A stretch of DNA of 64,000 nt, from NCBI GenBank assembly GCA_017443295.1, contig JAFSNT010000230.1, positions 1,709 to 65,708 of the forward strand, read 5' to 3'. The notes under the pieces are model-generated. The model had not been told where the DNA came from. It searched no databases and saw only the letters and a list, made by a program, of their open reading frames with translations. The translations under genes and the position numbers were made by a program. The stretch's first letter is position 1; each line of letters starts with the position of its first letter. This stretch comes from Clostridia bacterium (GTDB lineage: Bacteria; Bacillota; Clostridia; Christensenellales; Aristaeellaceae). Shown here in pieces: positions 58,675-64,000 of this stretch.

Positions 58675-60171
58675 ATGAAACGCTTTTTATCCCTGCTGCT
58701 GTGCCTTACGCTGATCGCCCTTCCCCTGTTGCCGCGGTGTGCCCCCGCCCTGGCGGAGGGGGCGTACATCCAAGCCGCCAGCATGCCCGACGAGGTAAAA
58801 AAATTCTTCGCTTCCTCCCAGTTCGACGGCTGGACCATTGGGGCGGCTTCCGCCTGCGTGATCGAAAGCGGCGCGGGCAGCTTCTGCTTCGCCGTTGTTC
58901 AGAAGGACAGCCATAACGTACTCTACGGCTTTGAAAAGAAAAACGGCCAGTACAATTACTGGCTGAAAACGGAGAAGTGCCTGCCCCAGGGGAAGGGCGG
59001 CTTCGACCTGTTCCACACTTACGGGAAACATGAATTTGCCAGCGGGGCCACCGCCACCTACGGCGACGCCCTGGAAATCATTTTTTACAAAGCCGATTAC
59101 GAGGAACAGGGCGACACGGGCCTGATCGCCGAAGTGAACAAAAACGGCCAATTCCTCGTGCGGGCGGTGTTCTTTAATTTCATGTGGGATGAAGCCTACC
59201 TGACCTCGGATTCCATCACCTATTATTTGGACGAGGGCGGCAAAAAAGCCACCGTCTACGGCACGGTGGAAACCAATCTGCGGTATTTCAGCCTGTCCGC
59301 ATTCCCCCGCACCATCCAGGAAGCCCGGAACAAGCTGACCCAGGCCCCCGCCATCCCCGCCGGGGAGCTGACCGCAAAGAAAATCAAGTTCACCGGCGGG
59401 CAGAAATACCCGGTGTACTCCGGCCCCGGCATGGAATACGAGCGGGCGGCTAACGGCAAGGCCAGCGTGTCCACTAACGATTGGATTCAGGTGTTCGGCA
59501 GCGAAAGCGGCTATATCATGATTCAGTACGCCCTTTCCTCCAGCCAGATGCGCATCGGCTACATCGACCAAAGCTCCCTGCCCAAGAGCGCCAGCGTCAG
59601 CCCCCTGCGGTTCGCCTGGGAGGACGCGGAAATCACTTCTTCCACTTTCCTGACCGACGATCCCCTGAACAGCCAAACTCGCGTCCGCACGCTGAACGCC
59701 GGGCAGCAGGTGAAATGGCTGTCCACCATGGGCAATTGGGTGTATGTGGAGCTCACCGGCACCGGCCAGCCCATCCGGGGCTTTGTGCCCGCCAACGCCA
59801 TCCGGAAAGCGTCCGCTTATTGGCAGGACTACGCGAGTTTCCGTAACAGTACCTATTCCGCCGACGCTACCGTGGCTGTGAGGAACGGCGTTACGGCGGA
59901 AATCATCATTGTCGTCACCGGCCCCGCCGCCTGGTCGCAGGCGGGCGCGGATAATGTGACCGGCTATCAGGTATACGCCAACAACGTGCCGCTGTTTATA
60001 GCCTCCGCTTCCAAGGTGGAAATGAACAGCGCCGGGCACTACACCTACGTTGACGGCACCGCCACGCTGCCCACCGGCACCACAGTGCTTGGCCTGTGCC
60101 CCGTGCATGCCCAAAGCGGCCTTCAGGCCGGGGAAATGATCACGGTGATCCTGAACGATACTACGAAATAA
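58675..60171 (+). CDS. secreted protein with two SH3-like (SH3_3-type) modules
   Basis: Trimmed to MKRFLSLLLCLTLIALPLLP at 58675. SH3-like segments ..YPVYSGPGMEYER..WIQVFGSESGYIMIQY.. and ..VRTLNAGQQVKWLSTMGNWVYVEL... Confidence 0.6.
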   Translation: MKRFLSLLLCLTLIALPLLPRCAPALAEGAYIQAASMPDEVKKFFASSQFDGWTIGAASACVIESGAGSFCFAVVQKDSHNVLYGFEKKNGQYNYWLKTEKCLPQGKGGFDLFHTYGKHEFASGATATYGDALEIIFYKADYEEQGDTGLIAEVNKNGQFLVRAVFFNFMWDEAYLTSDSITYYLDEGGKKATVYGTVETNLRYFSLSAFPRTIQEARNKLTQAPAIPAGELTAKKIKFTGGQKYPVYSGPGMEYERAANGKASVSTNDWIQVFGSESGYIMIQYALSSSQMRIGYIDQSSLPKSASVSPLRFAWEDAEITSSTFLTDDPLNSQTRVRTLNAGQQVKWLSTMGNWVYVELTGTGQPIRGFVPANAIRKASAYWQDYASFRNSTYSADATVAVRNGVTAEIIIVVTGPAAWSQAGADNVTGYQVYANNVPLFIASASKVEMNSAGHYTYVDGTATLPTGTTVLGLCPVHAQSGLQAGEMITVILNDTTK

Positions 60172-60187
60172 CCTACGCACACATAAA

Positions 60188-60235
60188 AACAGGACATTCC
60201 TTCCTGCATTACCAGTTAGGGATGTCCTGTTTTTT
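60188..60235 (+). terminator. intrinsic terminator after the secreted SH3-like protein gene
   Basis: aacaggacat..atgtcctgtt stem followed by TTTTT. Confidence 0.65.
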
Positions 60236-60323
60236 GTAAATGATACGAGGAATTTAAGTTTGTTCAAGCATCAGCGGAAACAACGTTTTTTCGACGTGTC
60301 AGGAAATATCCGCTATTGAGGGT

Positions 60324-60370
60324 CCAGGGGCATCATGCCCCTGGTCGGGGTCTGGGGCGGATAGCCCCAG
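60324..60370. repeat. twin GC-rich hairpins (REP-like)
   Basis: ccaggggcatcatgcccctgg followed by ggggtctggggcggatagccccag. Same family as 15511-15561 in the opposite orientation. Confidence 0.8.
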
Positions 60371-60385
60371 GGTATCCCCGTCTCG

Positions 60386-61399
60386 TTATTTCTCCTCGTA
60401 ATCGAATCCCCGCAGCCGCATTTCATCGGCGAAATGGCAGGCCACCATGCGGCCGTCCACCTCACGGAGGTTGGGCACGTCGTGCTTGCATTTTTCCTGG
60501 CAGTACTTGCAGCGCTCGTGGAAATAGCAGCCGGAGGGCGGATTGGCGGGATTGGGGATTTCGCCCTGGAGGGGGATACGCTCGTTCTGGATGTCCGGGT
60601 CCGCGATGGGCACGGCGGACAGCAGGGCTTCGGTATAGGGATGGCAGGGGCGGGAAAACAGCTTTTCCGTCTCGCCGAATTCCACCAGCCGCCCTAAGTA
60701 CATCACGCCCACCTTGTCGCTGATGTGCTCCACCACGGACAGATCGTGGCTGATGAAGATGTAGGTGAGCTGCAGTTCCTTCTGCAAATCCTTGAGCAGA
60801 TTGATGATCTGGGCTTGGATGGACACGTCCAAAGCGCTGACCGCCTCGTCGCACACGATCACCTGGGGGTTCAGGATCAGGGCGCGGGCGGTGCCGATGC
60901 GCTGGCGCTGGCCGCCGGAGAAGGCGTGGGGGTAGCGCTTCAAATAGGTGGTGTTCAGGCCCACCTTCTTGGCGATCTCGATGACCTTCTGCTCCACTTC
61001 CGCCTTGGGCATTTTGGGAAAATTGGCTTTCAGGGGCTCCGCGATGATGTCGATGACGGTCATGCGGGGGTCCAGGGAAGAATAGGGGTCCTGGAAAACC
61101 ATCTGGATTTCCTTGCGGACTTTCTTCATTTCCTTTTTGTCCAGCTTGAGGAAATCATAGGTGACGCCGTCCCGGGCGGTGTACTTCACTTCGCCCTCGC
61201 TGGCGTTGATGGCGCGCACGATGCACCGGCCCAGGGTGGTTTTGCCGCAGCCCGATTCGCCCACGATGCCGATGGTCTCCCCCTTGCGCACGTCGAAGGA
61301 CACGTCCGTCACGGCGCGCACGCACACGCCCTTGGAGGTAAAGCGCTTGGAAATATGCTTCACTTGCAGAATGAGATCTTTTTCAACTTTTTCGCTCAT
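60386..61399 (-). CDS. oppF: oligopeptide/dipeptide ABC transporter ATP-binding protein (OppF-type)
   Basis: Walker [18 protein letters not shown]-like FSGGQRQR, C-terminal oligopeptide TOBE-like Cys motif. Confidence 0.8.
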   Translation of the reverse strand: MSEKVEKDLILQVKHISKRFTSKGVCVRAVTDVSFDVRKGETIGIVGESGCGKTTLGRCIVRAINASEGEVKYTARDGVTYDFLKLDKKEMKKVRKEIQMVFQDPYSSLDPRMTVIDIIAEPLKANFPKMPKAEVEQKVIEIAKKVGLNTTYLKRYPHAFSGGQRQRIGTARALILNPQVIVCDEAVSALDVSIQAQIINLLKDLQKELQLTYIFISHDLSVVEHISDKVGVMYLGRLVEFGETEKLFSRPCHPYTEALLSAVPIADPDIQNERIPLQGEIPNPANPPSGCYFHERCKYCQEKCKHDVPNLREVDGRMVACHFADEMRLRGFDYEEK

Positions 61400-62412
61400 T
61401 TCTCCGCGCCTCCTTTCCGGCAGTGTACGCAGGCCGCGCAGTGGGTGCCCTCAATGCAGCAGGTTTCCGGCTCGGCCTGATTGCACACGCCCTCCACCCG
61501 CACGTCGCACCGGTCGTAGAAGCCGCAGCCAGGGCGCAGGTTCAGGGCAAGGGGCACGGTGCCCTCGATGGAGAACAGGCGGTCCAGCTTCCTGCTGCCG
61601 ATCTTGTGCACGCTGCCCATGAGGCCTCGGGTGTAGGGGTGCTGGGGATTCTTGTAGATTTCCCGGGCGGTGCCGGTTTCCACGATGCGGCCTAAGTACA
61701 TGACCGCCACCCGGTCGCACATCTTGGCCACGGTGCCCAAATCGTGGGTGATAAAGAGGATGGCCATGCCCAGTTCCTTCTGCAATTGCTGCATCAGCTC
61801 CAGAATTTGGGCCTGAATGGTCACGTCCAGGGCGGTGGTGGGTTCGTCGGCAATCAGCAGCCGGGGCTTGCACACCAGGGCCATGGCGATGAGGGCGCGC
61901 TGGAGCATGCCGCCGGAAAACTCGTGGGGGTATTGGTCGTAGCGCTTTTCCGCGTTGGCGATGCCCACCTTTTTCATCATTTCTAAGGTGATGGCCTTGG
62001 ATTCCTTCTTGTCCTTGGTGATGTGCAGGCGGGTACATTCGTTGATCTGGTTGCCGATGGTGTACATGGGCGAGAAGGCCACCATGGGCTCCTGAAAGAT
62101 CATGGAAATCTGCTTGCCCCGGATGGCGCGGATGGGCTTGCCCGTGGGGTTCAGTTTCAGCAGGTCGATCACCTTGCCGTCGTCCCCCTGGAACAGGATT
62201 TCGCCGCCGGAATGGCATTTCTTGTCGTTGATGCCCAAAATGGCCTTGCTGGTCAGGCTCTTGCCGCAGCCCGATTCGCCCACCAGGCCTAAGGTTTCGC
62301 CGGGCTTGATTTCAAAGGACACGCCGCGAACGGGGGTCAGGGTGCCTTCATCCATTTTGATGCTCACATGGAGATCGTTGACCCGGATGATGGGTTCCGT
62401 TTTTTCACTCAT
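61396..62412 (-). CDS. oppD: oligopeptide/dipeptide ABC transporter ATP-binding protein (OppD-type)
   Basis: Walker [22 protein letters not shown] overlap with the downstream gene. Confidence 0.8.
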   Translation of the reverse strand: MSEKTEPIIRVNDLHVSIKMDEGTLTPVRGVSFEIKPGETLGLVGESGCGKSLTSKAILGINDKKCHSGGEILFQGDDGKVIDLLKLNPTGKPIRAIRGKQISMIFQEPMVAFSPMYTIGNQINECTRLHITKDKKESKAITLEMMKKVGIANAEKRYDQYPHEFSGGMLQRALIAMALVCKPRLLIADEPTTALDVTIQAQILELMQQLQKELGMAILFITHDLGTVAKMCDRVAVMYLGRIVETGTAREIYKNPQHPYTRGLMGSVHKIGSRKLDRLFSIEGTVPLALNLRPGCGFYDRCDVRVEGVCNQAEPETCCIEGTHCAACVHCRKGGAEK

Positions 62413-62426
62413 TCAGCGCGCCTCCC

Positions 62427-63626
62427 TTACTTGTACGGATCGGCCGCGTCGCGCATGCCGTCGCCTAAGAAATTGAACGCCAGCACGGTGAGTACCACGA
62501 AGAACAGGGGGATCAGGCACCAGGGATGGCTGACGATGTTGGTCACGTTCTGCGCTTCCTTGAGCAGCACGCCCCAGCTGGTGGCGGGAGCCTGAATGCC
62601 CAGGCCCAAGAAGCTCATGCTGGTTTCGCCGATGATCATGGAGGGGATGCCCAGGGTGAGGCTCACGATCAGGTAGCTCATGAAGCCGGGCACCATGTGC
62701 TTCATGATGATCTTCATATCGCTGACCCCGGCAAGCCGGGCGGCCATGACGTAATCCTCGTTTTTCAGCGACATGAACTTGCCGCGCACCACCCGGGCCA
62801 GGCCCGTCCAGCCGATGAGGGAGAGGATGACGGTAATCAGCAGATACATCTGCACCGGCGGGATGCCGGCGGGAATGGCGGCGGAAAGGGCCATCCACAG
62901 GGGCAGGGAGGGCAGGGAGTTCAGCACCTCGATGATGCGCTGGATCACGTTGTCCACCGTGCCGCCGAAGTAGCCCGAAACGGAGCCGATGAGCAGGCCC
63001 AGCACGAAGCTGATAAGCGTGCCCGCAAAGGGAATGGTAAGCGACACCTGACTGCCGAGGATGATGCGGCTGAACAAATCGCGGCCTAAGCTGTCGGAGC
63101 CGAAGAGGAAGATTTTCCCCCCTTCGATGCCGAACAGGTGCAAATCGCTGCCGAAGATGCCTAAGATTTTATAGGAGGAGCCGTGGACGAACCAATGCAG
63201 CTTCAAGGGCTGGGTTTCGTCGGTGACGATCTGCCGGGTGGAGAAGGTTTCGCCCCGGGCTTCCGCCTCCTTCTTGGCCTTGCTCATTTCGGCCACGCTC
63301 ATTTTCAGGGTGCCCCATTCCGATTTGAACACGTAGGGGCCGATATACTCGCCCTCGTACATGAAATGAATGGCGGTGGGGGGCAGATCCTTGGAATTGG
63401 CGTCGTATTCCGTCAGGTTGTAGGGGGCCAGGAAATCGCCGAACAGGGCCACAATGTACAGGAAGCCCAAAATCACCAGGGAGATGCGGGCCAGCTGGTG
63501 CTTGCCCAGCTTCCGGGCCATCAATTGCCATTGGGAAGCAAGGTAGTATTTTTCTTCCTTGATTCTTGCTTTTTCCGCTTTTTTCGCGGCGCGCAGGGCT
63601 TTTTTGTCAGGATTGGACATGGTCAT
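62427..63626 (-). CDS. oppC: oligopeptide ABC transporter permease (OppC-type, long N-terminal extension)
   Basis: 399 aa. N-terminal TM, a large loop, then a BPD_transp_1 core. Confidence 0.8.
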   Translation of the reverse strand: MTMSNPDKKALRAAKKAEKARIKEEKYYLASQWQLMARKLGKHQLARISLVILGFLYIVALFGDFLAPYNLTEYDANSKDLPPTAIHFMYEGEYIGPYVFKSEWGTLKMSVAEMSKAKKEAEARGETFSTRQIVTDETQPLKLHWFVHGSSYKILGIFGSDLHLFGIEGGKIFLFGSDSLGRDLFSRIILGSQVSLTIPFAGTLISFVLGLLIGSVSGYFGGTVDNVIQRIIEVLNSLPSLPLWMALSAAIPAGIPPVQMYLLITVILSLIGWTGLARVVRGKFMSLKNEDYVMAARLAGVSDMKIIMKHMVPGFMSYLIVSLTLGIPSMIIGETSMSFLGLGIQAPATSWGVLLKEAQNVTNIVSHPWCLIPLFFVVLTVLAFNFLGDGMRDAADPYK

Positions 63627-64000
63627 TCAGCCCTCCTTCCGGAAAAACGGATGCGGGGATCGAGCCACGCCAGCATGATATCGGAAAGCAGGGTGCCCAG
63701 CACGATCAGGAAGCCCATGACCAGCAGGATGGTGCCCGCTAAATACATATCCTGGGCCTTCAAAGCGCTGTACAGGCGGGGGCCCACCAATTGCAGGTTC
63801 ATCACGATGGCGGAGATGGTGGAGCCGTTGAAGATGTGGGACAGCACGCCGCTCAGACCCGACACCGTGGGGTTCAGGGCGGCCCGCAGGCAGTACTTAT
63901 AGATGATGCGCCGCTCGGAAACGCCCTTGGCCCTGGCGCAGAGCACGTAGTTCCTGCCCAACTCGTCCAGCATCTGGGCGCGCATGGAGCGCAGGGTGCC
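63623..64000 (-). CDS. oppB: oligopeptide ABC transporter permease (OppB-type), C-terminal part only
   Basis: The reading frame is open to the window edge, so the 5' end lies outside the window. The C-terminus ..DIMLAWLDPRIR is typical of OppB/DppB. Confidence 0.75.
   Translation of the reverse strand, partial: GTLRSMRAQMLDELGRNYVLCARAKGVSERRIIYKYCLRAALNPTVSGLSGVLSHIFNGSTISAIVMNLQLVGPRLYSALKAQDMYLAGTILLVMGFLIVLGTLLSDIMLAWLDPRIRFSGRRAE

Noticed and set aside
58687-60267. 526-aa minus-strand ORF
   Set aside because: It is antisense to the secreted SH3-like protein gene and runs through that gene's terminator.

Overview
High-GC (roughly 58-60% by eye) Firmicutes/Clostridia-type chromosome segment, probably an Oscillospiraceae-like gut anaerobe. 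The taxon guess rests on PolC, the frr-uppS-cdsA-dxr-rseP-ispG-polC gene string and GGAGG-type ribosome binding sites. I call 55 protein genes. They include a vWA protein, a YdhV-like aldehyde:ferredoxin oxidoreductase with a Tat-signal FeS partner, and a sialic-acid locus (yhcH, GntR regulator, ABC importer, nanA). Also present are a DD-carboxypeptidase, HPr, pgi, a Na+/solute symporter and an 8-kb plus-strand block with three c-di-GMP enzymes, an M48 protease and an fRMsr-MsrA fusion. The rest are an MMPL/TetR locus, metNIQ, polC, the isoprenoid/translation housekeeping string, a sigma/anti-sigma/secreted-protein trio and oppBCDF. I saw no rRNA, tRNA, CRISPR array, transposase or integrase. 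Many long ORFs in the supplied track are antisense shadows typical of high-GC DNA and were rejected. Six things look most worth a second look. (1) A family of intergenic hairpins whose arms are built from 7-nt tandem repeats: 7 full and 2 truncated copies in four sequence flavours, with truncated copies at the edges of low-GC cassettes. (2) A composite REP/BIME-like family containing a ~125-nt cloverleaf-like module with compensatory stem changes, in 3 copies, all at convergent gene ends. (3) An orphan ~360-nt structured transcript unit with a consensus promoter and an intrinsic terminator, inside a low-GC insertion between ispG and polC. (4) A [FeFe]-hydrogenase-like sensor domain fused to a degenerate GGDEF and an intact EAL domain, heading a c-di-GMP/redox operon. 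(5) A BsrG/Hol-Tox-like 30-aa type I toxin candidate with a convergent sRNA. (6) Unclassified structured leaders upstream of metNIQ and the AOR operon. All family names are from recall of motifs. No searches or numerical computations were run.
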